A stretch of DNA of 64,000 nt, from the NCBI GenBank assembly GCA_012295275.1, contig CM022665.1, forward strand, positions 20,460,001 to 20,524,000, written 5' to 3'. The translations under genes and the position numbers were made by a program. Origin of the DNA: Chrysomallon squamiferum. Taxonomy: Eukaryota > Animalia > Mollusca. Below the pieces are notes generated by a model that worked only from the letters and a program-made list of their open reading frames with translations, was not told the origin of the DNA and did no database searches. Below are positions 13,769-25,848 of the stretch, piece by piece. The number at the start of each line of letters is the position of its first letter. Positions within the stretch are counted from its first letter, which is position 1.

Positions 13769-16700
13769 ATATGCATATTTCTTTAAGAGGAATTTCCAAA
13801 TATTATTATTGGGTTATTTATTTTTTTTTTTTTTTTTTTTTTTATGGGGGGGGGGTTTAATAATTTATCTCTGGCTGATGGTTTTGCACAATGAGATTTA
13901 CCTGAGCTTACAACAAGATTTCATGAAGTCTTCCAAGATAAACATTTCCAAATATGTATGGTTCTCTTCTGTTTTTTAACTTTGATCTAAAAGACACAGA
14001 CATTTCCCATGGGTGCAGATTATTCAGTGTTTCATGTTTTAAAACAAATAATAAAAAATAATAATAAATTTAAAAACGAAACCAAGAAAACCTAAAACAA
14101 AACAAACAACAAGATAATGTGAAATGATTTTCTTTCATATTCTTTTTATCTTTATAAAAATAAATATTATAAAAATAATTTTTTGTTATACATTTGTTTT
14201 TAAAAATAACAAATTAATAAAATAAAATAAAATAATAAAATTAATTTTTCTTCAAAAACCCTGAAAAATCTAATTTTGATTAGTCGCAGAAAATTATAAT
14301 TTTCTTTTGTTTGTAAGTTTATTAATAAAATTTTAAAATAAATTACTGTAACAGTAATAAAAATGAAAATAAAAATAATTAATAATAATAATAACACAAA
14401 CAATAAGAAGATGTATGTTAATAACAAAAATTAATAATAATAAATTACTGTAATAATAATAATAATAATAAAAATAGTAACAATATTAATAATGAAATAA
14501 TTATAGCAATAATAATAATATTAAGAATAAGAACAGTAATAATATTAATAATAAATAACAATAATAACATCAATAATAAATTAATAATAATAAATTACTG
14601 TAATAATAATAATAAAGAAATAGTAACAATATTAATAATGAAATAATAATAGCAATAATAATAACAATAACAATAATAATAACAATAGCAATAATAATAA
14701 TATTAAGAATAAGAACAAGAAAAATAAAATGCTACTAATTTTATGAGGTATGAGAGTGGATAGAGAAAGACCAATACATTTTGGAAAGATTTTTATCTTG
14801 GTTAGCTTGCCGTCTGCGTGGCGTCTGTCTGTTCCTGCTGCTTGAGGGGCAGGAAGTCGCAGCAGGAACAGACGTGAAAGCTTGTTACAGGTTCAGACAG
14901 ATTTTGCTGAGGGCAGACGTAGTGTGGTCACATTGTTTCCTTCAAAGATTCAGCCATCTTTGATCCCGAGCTGCTTGGATGGTAAGTACTCACAGACCTA
15001 AACACCCAGTTACATTTACATCCAATAAAAGTAAAAATTTAAATTAAATAATAATAATAAAATTAAAATAATAATAATAATAATAATAATTACTAAAAAA
15101 AATAATTATGAATTGGTCAGTTTAATAAAATAATTAGATGGACAATTATTACAACCAAATCTATTACTATACATACTAGTGAAATAAATAATAAGTTGGA
15201 TGAATATTAGTATTTAGCCCATAATTATTTGGTAGTAGATTAATTAGAGGAATATATAAAATGATAATAAATTTTAAAAATTTAAAAATGAATAATGTAT
15301 AGATGGACAGTTATTACAATTAAATCCATAACTGAGTGATTAAAGATTAATTAGAAAATACATAAATATCAATAAAATAATAATAAATTAAAAAAACAAA
15401 ACATGACTGTTGTTAAATAAAAGAGTTACTGTTGCATTAAATTAAAGAATTATTGAATTTTAAACTGGGTGTTTGATCTGTGAAGAATAGTATATTTGAA
15501 AAAGGTTTGTTGTTTTTATTTGTGTAGGAAAAAAACACGGACTGTTTATTTGTATTGGTTGCTGCTTCATCACCATCAGCGACAACAATTTGTATCTGCG
15601 TCAGAAGCTGATAATTAAAACACACTAAATGTACCTGTGTATATTTAGTCTGAACAGACTTTTTATCATTTCATTTGCTTGGTTTCCATCTTTCTTTTAA
15701 AAAATTTAGTGTCAAATATTTACTTTAAAAACATAATGCATGAAAATTATATTCGATAGTAATTGTTTTATGCTCCCCCCCTTTTTGAAAATGTATTTAA
15801 CTTGATTAGAAAATTGCTGAATTTATCTTAGAAAGCCACACGATATGCCCTTCGTGCTTTAAGATACATTTTAAAACACAATTTAACAGAAAAATAAAAG
15901 TGGTTATGACATTTATTATTTATGATTGTTTTTCAAAAGTCCACAAATCTGCTTTTGTCACGGTGGCTTATTTGTTGAATTTTTTATTGTGTCATTGAAA
16001 TAATTTTAATTTTTTTAAATGTTTTTTTCACTCCTCTTTTCTTTCTTTTTTTCTTTAATTTTTATTTTTTATTATTATTATTATTTTTCAGCCATCTGTT
16101 TTTCTTGATGTTTTGTATTATAAAAATAAAGGGGACTGACAAAGTAAGGAACCTGGCTTGTTATTTTTACAGGATCTGTTTAAAAGGGCAGCTCCTGTCC
16201 AAGGAGGAATTGGCATGTTCCTTCTACAGAAGATGGGGTGGAAGCAGGGTGAGGGGCTAGGAAAGGGAGGAGGGGGGAGTCTGGAGCCACTGATGCTGGA
16301 CGTCAAGTCTGATAGAAAAGGTAAAAAGTTTTTTTTTGTTTTTACCATTTGTTGATATTCTTATATTTTATCTTATAAAATTAATACATTTGCTCTTCAG
16401 TGTTTGGTTGTGTATTACATAAAAGTTTGTAAGATACTTAGTTCAGATATTTTCATGGATGTCTGTATGCTGATCCATTACCTTTGTTTGACACCCAGTA
16501 GCTGAAATGTTTCTTATGCTGGGGTGTCATTAAACATTCATTCATTCAACTGTATAGTTAGCCATGACGTGCTCTGGAGCTAACATTTATAGCATTTTTT
16601 CATTAGGTGGCATTTGAGCACATGATTTTGTTCCACACTTGACTGAAATATATGACATGTATATGCACACGAAAAAAATGGAAGAAAATGACACGTCATT

Positions 16701-18431
16701 GAATAAATCTGTGTACAAATATTTGAATATTGCATCTGGAACATTATGAAACTTTTTCCCAACCCAATATTTATGACTGCAAAGCACAATATAATACTGA
16801 TTGCTCCCAATGATTTAACAAATTACATATTTGGAAAAATATAAATATGTTTGTTGGGTTGATTTTCTCCGACACTGTGATTTCATTTTAGTTTGTGTAT
16901 ATTTATCAAATAAACAGCCAGTGAATTAATAAGCAAAAAATATAAATATTCTCTTGTTTTTTCTTCATTTTATTAATGAAATACAATGTGTAATTTTATT
17001 TTAATATGTATATATTTATAAAGTAAGCTAAGCACTCAAGCAGGCAGATAGTTGAAATGTTTAGTGTGTGCAGATGCAATTACGTTTTTAGGTTTAATAT
17101 GTTATCAGTTGTATTAATGAAAAATTGTGGCAGTGTGTAATTTCATTTTAATTTGTGTACATTTATGAGAAGAAAAAAAAATGAAAAACTAAGCAGCCAG
17201 TAGTGTATGTGTGAATACATAAATTATGTTTATAGGTTTACAGTCGCAGGGAGAGGGTACTAAGAAAGTTCCTCCAATCAGAATGCCGGTTCCTGCTGCC
17301 AAAGATCTATCAGGTCAGAAAAACAATTTTCTTCTTCATCTCTGAAATATGCTAGAGAATATTTGCCAGTCACTCATTCTTTGAAATCTTGTTCATTTAG
17401 ACTGCGTCTCATCAGGTCTTTTGTGTTTTATATATATAACAAAAGCCTTTGTATTTGCGGTTCTGTTTGATGGTCATTGTAGTTTTAATCATCTTGCAAA
17501 TTTAATTTGCGACTATAAAACAGTGCATTCTTTTTTTTTTTCTTTTTTTTTCTTGGTATGTGCCGTTTCCATTTTGAAGTGCAGATCAACAGAATTATTT
17601 TTAATCTTCAGGAAAACTTAAATTTGTGACTATAAAACAGAAAGGTCCATGGTATGTGCTGTTCTGTTTTGAGGAGTAGGCATAATTTTAATCTTCAGGA
17701 AATTTATCTTGTGTAATTTTAATCTTCTCAGAAACTTAATTTGTGAATATAGGAAACAAAAAGGTAATGGTTGTTGTTGTTTGGGGTTGTTTTTTACTGT
17801 GTGTGTTTTTTTTAGGTAAACATCCAGTATCTGCTCTGACTGAACTGTGTAATAAACGCAGGTGGGGGCCACCAAATTTTGTGTGCATCCACGAAAGTGG
17901 ACCAGATCATAAAAAAAATTTCTTATTCAAGGTATGTTTTATTAAATTTCTAATTTGTTGTATGTGCAACTTGTTTTTAAGTCAAAAATCTTGCAAAGAT
18001 TATGTTAAATCTCTTTTACATTTTTTTTTTTTTTTTTATCAGTTTCAGGTTTCTTCATTTCAGACCAAAATTCATTATGTAATGTGTTCTGGTAAAAATT
18101 GTATTTCAAATCTATATATTGTGTTTTTCAAGGCTTTATTATTATTATCATTATTGTTGTTTTATCCTGTACATATTGTGTTTGTAGAAGTCTGATTATT
18201 ATTATTATTGTTTTAAACCTGTACATATTCTGTTTGTAGACAATTGATTATTATTATTATGATTATTGTTGTTTTATACATCAAATCTTTGTTGTTACTT
18301 TTCAGGTGATTGTAAATAATGTCGAGTATCAGCCTTCAGTTACCAGTGTAAGTAAGAAACTGGCAAAAGCTCAGGCAGCACGTACCTGTCTGCAGGAACT
18401 TGGTTTAATTCCAAAAATAGGAAGTGTATAA
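4074..18431 (+). CDS. SON: SON DNA/RNA-binding splicing cofactor homolog (Lys/Glu-rich N-terminus, RS region, G-patch, C-terminal dsRBM)
   Basis: Phase-consistent GT-AG exons: 4074-5207 (frame break near 4450), 5518-5773, 7176-7337, 8099-8302, 8605-8711, 9169-9326, 9928-10293, 10752-10862, 11523-11645, 16173-16320, 17236-17313, 17816-17931, 18306-18431 (TAA). SON-type motifs: IVDELFKDFLAFK, IDKAKLRKIAMAN, GGKSVEELTEYCK, LRLQFPVSSGTSHR, PGQFVGSTG, G-patch GGIGMFLLQKMGWKQGEGLGK, dsRBM KHPVSALTELCNKRRWGPP...SGPDHKKNFLFKV...KKLAKAQAA. The true start codon is uncertain. Confidence 0.93.
6607..6840. mobile_element. Second degenerate Tigger4/MER46-like MITE, in a SON intron
   Basis: TA|CAGGTTCATGACCTTTATCCGAGATCACAAAATTCAGAATGTTCCAAAATTC at the left end and TCTGAAATCTGATCCCAGTCATTTTGGA at the right end. 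The ends are related to the element at 784-957; the right TIR is eroded. Confidence 0.5.
7370..7830 (+). repeat. Degenerate minisatellite (~55-65 bp unit) in a SON intron
   Basis: Recurring TATAGATTTCTTWCTGACCYATCTGAAAC...AAATAATGTT motif, about 7 copies. Confidence 0.65.
9311..9512 (+). repeat. ~36-bp tandem repeat seeded at a SON exon/intron junction
   Basis: About 6 copies of a TTTTAAACATTCGGGTAATATTA-like unit; the first copy spans the real donor at 9326/9327. Confidence 0.7.
14806..14981 (+). other. Candidate structured poison (premature-stop) cassette exon in the SON intron
   Basis: GC-rich island between AAT-rich flanks. Acceptors end at 14805 (TTTTATCTTGGTTAG) and 14890 (CTTGTTACAG), and a consensus donor G|GTAAGT starts at 14982. 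It contains a perfect 15-bp inverted repeat (14827-14841/14859-14873). Confidence 0.5.
16478..16547. repeat. Short dispersed repeat fragment (SINE-tail-like)
   Basis: TGCTGGGGTGTCATTAAACATTCATTCATTC, with a related copy at 23838-23861 (TGCTGGGTATCATTAAACATTCAT). It ends in (CATT)n, as retroposon tails often do. Confidence 0.45.
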
Positions 18432-20259
18432 ATAGCAACAGTTTGCACACACCAAAAGAAACATAATTCTAAGTTGATTATTGTGGATAAAAGAACTGAA
18501 CATTACACTGAATTATTTGAATTTTATTGTTGTCTTTTTTTCAGTTTCTTAAATGAATTCAGATATTTCAGTTAGCCATTGAGGAAAAAAATTAATAAAA
18601 TTTTATAAATGTCTCTGAATTGATCTTATTTTTAATTGGTGTATAGATGAATGGACATTTTATCCAAAGTTTATGGTGTTTGTTATCACTTTTTTCCATC
18701 AAAAGGACTGAATTACAAACAGACTGATCTTAGATAAAGAAAAGAAAAGAAAAATTTAAGAATATAAACTTTGCATCTTATTCACTTATTTCAGAAATAC
18801 ACAATGTCTAATAGATACATAAATAATATAGATATACGTGTACATGTAAGTATGAAATAAAGTTTCAATAATGTCATAAATCTGATTTTTGTTTTATTTT
18901 CTCCAGCTTTTTTCTTTTTCAAATATAAATCCTTTATCACTATAAACATTAGCATTACATTCAAAAGTATTAGTTTAGATTAAATAAAAGTATTTTTCTT
19001 TATATGACTAAATTACTTTTGAACTTTGAAAAAAATAATAATTTACATATGTAAATTTCACCAAAACTTTATTCAGCAGTGTTATAATCAAGAGGGAACC
19101 ATCGTCAAAATTATCATACAAGTGCATGTGCAAACAGAAGCATGTTCCTCTAAAAAAGTACTAGATGGTAATAACATGTTTCAGACTAGATAAGACCATG
19201 TCCAAATGATTCAAGCTAGATATGGCTAAGTGAGAATTATCAAAAAATCCTATTAACAGAAGATTACTGCTTCAGCTCATGAGAATACTTGTTATAAAGA
19301 AAGAAAAAAACACCAGAGAACCATCTATTCAAACCCTCATATTTATGCTTGACAAAATACACTGATTATAGTGTTAAAACAAAAGTTAAAATTTAAAAAT
19401 TCATATTTTACATGACAAAATACATGACCAAAACTGAAACTGCAAACTAAATTCTTTTTTTCTTCTTCTTAACTGTAAATTTAAATACAAGAGCTAGCAA
19501 AATAGTATCCGGATGAATATAATGTAGCGTTCACTAATTCCATTATATACTTTTTCCTATACCGCATACACAAGCTGTTATTCCTATTATAGCAATGTGT
19601 CTTCATGCTGACAACGTTTTTCTTTCAATGTGGATGGAGACAACAACTGAACATGAAAAGACTAGCATGGGTGGTTTGACCGTTATTACTGTTATCTTGA
19701 AATCTTCCACATATATTATTGCTAATATTACCGATAATCCGATAAACGAAAGTTCGAGTCCAGAGCTGTAACTGTTATTTTATTTAGAACTTCACTGTAC
19801 TTTGTTCTTAGCTTATTAACAAGAATATAAAAATCTGAAATGAACATCGCTCAAAAACTAAACATAAATATAGCCAATAATTATATTATATCCCAATTTC
19901 TTCTTTGCGGCAGAAGCAATAACCTCGATTTCATCTATTCAAAAGTCTCCGTAAATACAGACAGGTTGAAAGTTAAACTGGATTGTTTATCGCTATAATT
20001 GTTTAAATTTGTTCAAATACTTATACCAGGTGCATTAATATTTCAGTATATCCGTATATCATTATATTGTTTAAATAAAATAAGTAATGTTATAAGTTAT
20101 TTTTCAAAATTAAAACACTAACTTGGCGACACCTTCAATAAGCCAATTTCTAACTTGAATCATTTAATTTCCTCTTACGTTTAAAAGCATCAAAGTACCT
20201 TCGAAGATAATAATCAAGCGTCGGGTCAGATGATACACTGCTAAATCATATATTTTGCA

Positions 20260-20437
20260 ATGTGTTTATTATTTTTCGTCACAAACAATGACTGTGTCGC
20301 GAATGGTTATCGGTTAATACTTGTAAATAACCGTGATGAAGTCTGGACAAGGCCAACAGCACCAGCTTCTTTTGGAGGTAAAGACGAGTCAATTGTCTGT
20401 GGTGAGTAGTGAGTTTCTTCTTTAAAGTTCTTCAGAA

Positions 20438-20479
<42 letters not shown>

Positions 20480-20481
20480 AA

Positions 20482-20519
<38 letters not shown>

Positions 20520-20728
20520 GAATAATTAAAAAATAAATCGATAAATAAATACATTCCTCGCAAAACATATATTTTTAGGTCGGGACCTCGAGCGTGAACC
20601 TAAAACCGGAACGTGGTTAGGCATGTCAAAAAATGGAAGAATTGGAGTTTTGCTCAATATTCTTGGGCAACTGGATCCAAATAAAAAAGCAAGAGGTATT
20701 TTCTGGCTGATTTATTTATAATTTAGAC

Positions 20729-20816
<88 letters not shown>

Positions 20817-21117
20817 ATTTGATTTAACGATTTTTATTGTTTGTTTCATTTGATTTAATGTTATTTGTTTGTTTGTTTGTTTGTTTTTGTCGTTCCAGGC
20901 TACCTTGTAACAGACTATATAACGAGTGATCTGTCCACAGACGAATATTTGAAAACGATTTCACCAAATGCGACTCAGTATAACGGGTTTAATCTCGTTC
21001 TCGTGGAAATTGGGTTCGTTCATTCCGTCTGCTCAGAAAATTTGAAAATTGAACAAAATAAAACCTAACTCTTTGAATTAATCATGTCATTTAATTACAT
21101 CTTCAAAAAATAGGAAT

Positions 21118-21153
<36 letters not shown>

Positions 21154-21387
21154 AGTGGCTTTCATTTATTTATTTATTTAGTTATTTATTTAAGTTGTTA
21201 CGGGTAGGTTTTTCATTATTTCGTTTTTAGTTATGTTTTCTAATATTGTTATCTCCTGGATATGTGTAATTTCAGAAACAGAACTACACAGGCTAAGCTG
21301 TTTTCGAATGCTCTGGCATATCACGGCACACACACCGAAATACTGCACGATAGAGGTAGGTCTGAACATATAATTTTCTATTTTTTT

Positions 21388-21418
<31 letters not shown>

Positions 21419-21545
21419 TTTTGTTCGTTATTGTGGCTTTTTTTCTTTTTTGTTTTATGTGATTTTGTTGTTTTTGTTTGTCTGGATTGGGGGGTAATTT
21501 TTTTTTTTTTTCATTTTTATTTGGATTACACATACAAGTTGCAGG

Positions 21546-21608
<63 letters not shown>

Positions 21609-23139
21609 TATCCCGTCGATATTTAACGTGTAAATAAATTACTACGTTGTATTTCAAGTATAATATTACCGTTGTATTTGGTAATATAGATATCTAAAAT
21701 ATAAATTTGAATATTTAATAAATACAATTTCAGAAGTATACGGAATTGGTAATACGCGGATTCAAACCCCGTGGAAAAAGATTATTTATGGTAAAGAAAA
21801 GTTTGACGACATTTGTAAGAAATATTCAGATGTTAACAACAAAAAAGAGCTGGTGCAGTCCTTACAAGAGATGATGTCTGACAGAACAACGTAAGTTCGC
21901 GAATAAATCGTAAATTTGATGACTTGATGACTTTGTTCGCGAATGGATCGTAAATTTGACAAGTTTATAGCATAATTCACGAATAAGTCATAGAAATGAC
22001 AACTGGCGCTCAACTGGTGAATGGATCATGATTTTTAAAATTTAATGACTTATTTCATGATCTAATCATAAAAACAGTTTAATGGCTTAGTTTACGAACA
22101 GATCATAAACGTGACGATTTAGTGGCTTAATTCATGAATAAATTAGAAACTTGACAGTTTAATGTCTTAATTAGTTCGCGAATAAATTCGTCAACATAAT
22201 AATTTAATGTTGTTTCCTTGTTATTTCGTAATAATGAAACATAAATTAAACCACAGTTAAGTAAGAAGCATGCACTTGTAACTTATACTTACTAGCATTA
22301 ATTTATAATACTTTCAGAAACATAATTATGTGGATAATTGTGTTTAACCAAAATCAACAGTATCAATATATAATACAAATATTTTAAATCTACTTGTTAT
22401 TTCTGAATTTAATGCATAACATCGTGACTACAGAGGCTACTAGGTCTAAGGTCTGATGGTTTTTAGGTTATCTAATTATCGTCAAAACTTGTTCGGTCTA
22501 TAAGGATACCTGTAGATGAATGGATAGTAGTAAGTAGTTTTGAGAATAAAAAGCTCTTACAGGCTACGGCTAGTGAGAATTTCTCTGCTCTTATAAGCTA
22601 CAGCTAGTGAGAATTTCTCAGATCGTACATACTACAGTTAGCGATAATATACAGGCTACACTTGGCGAGAATCTCTCAAGCTGAAGTCAAACATATCTTA
22701 TGCATTTTCTTTGCTCTAGTGTCGCTAAATAATCCTTCAGAGAATCTGGTAGAACACTGGAATCTAAAAATGAGAATCTGGTTTACTGATAAACTGTTAT
22801 ATATATATATATATATTTATTTATTTTTTTTTTTTTTTTTTTTTTTTTAAGTCATCTTCCCGATGACGTATTGAAAGAACAGTGTGATGAAGCTGGGTAT
22901 GTCGGTTCTATCGCTATTCAAAGATCTCAGATATGTGTCTGGACTCCGCAATGGCAGTATGGAACCAGGTAAATATATCGTTAATATTTTACCTTTTTCT
23001 CCAAACAGCTGCAATTAAATAACTTTCTACTTGATATAACTTAACGAAATGTTTTTTTTTTTTTTTTTTTTTTGTAGTATTAGGAAATAAAAATTTGAAA
23101 CCAGTGTAAATATATTTACATCATTTCTGTTTTATTATA

Positions 23140-23172
<33 letters not shown>

Positions 23173-23680
23173 TGCTATTCATAAGCAACAGGCAGAGACG
23201 ATCATACGAAAAATACCGGAAGCAGGATAGAGCAGATAATATTGTATTTTATTTGAATATTATTTACTGCCTTTTTCTTTCTTTCTTTCTTTTTTTTTTT
23301 TTTTTGGGGGGGGGGGATAGGACTGCAGTGACGCTTTTTTGGTTTTATTGCATTTCATATGTATGAATAATGCGTTAAAGCCTGTTTAATGTGTTTAAAA
23401 TAATAAACTGTTAGATAATAATAATAATAATAATAATAATTATTATTATTATTATTATTTTAAAGAACCTTTCATGCTGAAAAATGTGTACCATTCGCTG
23501 TTTAATTTGATATTAATTAATTTATTTCGCATTTTGTTTTTCAGAACTACAACAGTAATACTCATAGACTATGATGGAAATTGTGATTTTATTGAAAAGA
23601 CTCTTGTTACACCCGTATCCGAAGACAACCCCCAATATAAAACTACACATCTTAACTTCAAACTAAATGTTATTATTTAA
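20260..23680 (+). CDS. TANGO2: Transport and Golgi organization protein 2 homolog (NRDE family), 287 aa
   Basis: Exons 20260-20401, 20579-20695, 20899-21013, 21276-21355, 21734-21890, 22852-22968, 23545-23680 (864 nt, phases consistent). Motifs: N-terminal MCLLF, LILVNNRDE..RPT, GTWLGMSKNGR, RGYLVTDY, YNGFNLV, TPWKK, YGTRTTTVILID. Confidence 0.95.
22558..22680 (+). repeat. Short tandem repeat in TANGO2 intron 5
   Basis: About 4 copies of ACAGGCTACRGCTAGTGAGAATTTCTC-like units. Confidence 0.55.
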
Positions 23681-24320
23681 AACAACACATCATAACTTCA
23701 AACTATGTTAACGTTTAAAATTATACATCATAAATTCAGATCGTTAATGTTAAATTCACACTTGAAAGTGTTTGTCTTTTCGCATATATCTTGTATTAAA
23801 TATCTACGATTCATTTAATTAGTTTTGACTTGATTTGTGCTGGGTATCATTAAACATTCATCATTTATTCATTTGTTTTGTCATGAAATAAAAATGTCAG
23901 TTAAATATTAACAGACTATAATTATGTTACAAAATAAAATATATTTTGGAATTTTATATGTAAAATTATCTGTACGTGTTTGTATGAGTTTGTGTTCAAA
24001 CGAATAAATAAACTAGCAAAATATATAAACATTTGTTTTCATTTTGTTAAGTATTTATTTATTGAAAATTACAGGTGTGTCGGAGGGTATCTACGTATGT
24101 GTGAATGCCAAGACATAATTTTCAAATCAGTTCTTGATCTACGTGATTTATATTGAATAACAAAATTTTATACAAAAACAAAATAATAATAATAATACAT
24201 AATAAAATTAATATAAATAAATAAATGCAATTTTACAGATTGGGCTAAATTTATTAATTTACAGCGACCAATTAAACTTAAGCAACTGGAGTTATCTACC
24301 GTAGTTCCGAATGGCGGAAT

Positions 24321-25848
24321 ATGGCAGAACAGTATAGTAACAGGTCGAGTGTAATTTGTGAAGATGAAGAACAGTTACTTAAGATCGAAGCTGAAGGGGC
24401 GGTCAGAGAGATAGCATTTGCAGTAAAACATGTAGAAATTTCGAAAAAGTTGCCATGTTCCCCAAGCATTGTGTATCTTAATTTAAAAACGAAGGAAGAC
24501 GAACCCATCTGTGTTGAACTTAGTTTGAAAGGATTTCGTGTAAGTGTTTCCAAGTAAATTATTTTTAAAACATTAATTTGACCATAAACCAGGTTAATAA
24601 ATGGAAATGTAAAAATTGGATGATATAGATCGATTCAGTTTACAATTTTATAGAACCAAGCAAGACTGCAGCAAAAACAAAAATGTTTGCAAATTATTTA
24701 TCAAATAATTGAAATGCATATCAGTTAAAAAAGAAGAAGAAAAAAAAAAAAAGCTTTTCTTCAGTTTAAGTCTATGTGATTCTGAAAACCGCCTTATTAA
24801 CGCCACTGTAAAAAATATTTTTAAGCTTTAGTGTTATAAATACTTATCAACTATCAGACAAAATAGTAACAGAGTTCTTAGCAGTATAAATATTTAACAA
24901 GTATTTTATGTTTTATTTGTTTTGATTTTTTAATTTATTTATTTAATAATAATTATCAGGTATAAAAATAAAACAGAAGCCATCTAGATGTTGAAGGAAT
25001 TTTTCCTGATTAATTTTTACCATTTCACCTTAATTCTTTAGTAAGTGGTGGCAAAGCAGAAAGATACACATAAATATTGTAAACAAGCAGTAGAGGTAAT
25101 TATCTCAACAACACTGCTAAAGATCATCGGGTACTTCTGTACTCATCTGTAACCACCAGTTTAAGATGATCATTTTGAATATTTTTCTGCTTCTACTACT
25201 GAAAATTTGTGTTGGGAGCTAATTTTACACTATATTTAATTACTGTGAATAATAATGTGGCTAGCCTTGAAGTGTATTGAATTAAAATGCAGACCTAAAA
25301 ATCTGGTCTGGACTTGATAAGATACACAGTATATTTTCTCATAACGCTGACCACTATAGCAGTCACTAAATATATTCTGTAGATTAAAATAGTTTTAAAA
25401 ATTATAAGTATGAAAACTCAGTAGATTAAGAATTCAGAATACCAAAACTGGGAACTATGAAAACCTGGTAGATTAAAAATTATAAAAATTAAAAATGATG
25501 ACTGAAAACTCAGTAGGTTACAACATCAAAACAATAACTGACAACAATTGCAGATTAGAAATTCAAAAAAATAAGAAATGATAATAATACTTGATAGATT
25601 AAAAATTATAAATATCAAAAATGATAACTATGAAAATCAGTGGATTAAAAATACACAAAATTGATAATTATGAAAATATTTTTTAGATTATTGGCAAGAA
25701 ATATGACTGTGTTGATGAAACTTGTGCATCGCCGTTCTATGAAACCATCTACTCGCTGCTAGATCACCTGAGTCCAGGCTACAGAAACACATTTGGTGAA
25801 ACTCTGCTGGAAAAACTTCAGCAGCTTCAGTCTAGTAACCAAGACTAG
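24321..25848 (+). CDS. GSKIP: GSK3-beta-interacting protein, 126 aa
   Basis: Exons 24321-24539 (CGT|gtaagt) and 25687-25848 (TAG). Sequence EAEGAVREIAFAV...YLNLKTKE..ICVELSLKGFR|IIG...YETIYSLLDHLSPGYRNTFGETLLEKL matches the GSKIP/DUF727 signature. Confidence 0.95.
25378..25690 (+). repeat. Degenerate ~40-45-bp minisatellite running up to the GSKIP exon 2 acceptor
   Basis: Repeated GTAGATTAAAAATT...TAACTATGAAAA units. Confidence 0.55.

Noticed and set aside
14806-14990. H/ACA or C/D snoRNA interpretation of the SON intron island
   Set aside because: No convincing H box, second hairpin plus ACA, or terminal C/D boxes. Splice-site flanking fits a cassette exon better, though an Rfam search is still needed.
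19050-20200. Microsatellite-free segment between SON and TANGO2 that looked like a decayed gene
   Set aside because: Hand translation of parts of both strands gave only short frames with no recognisable motif; not supportable without tblastx.
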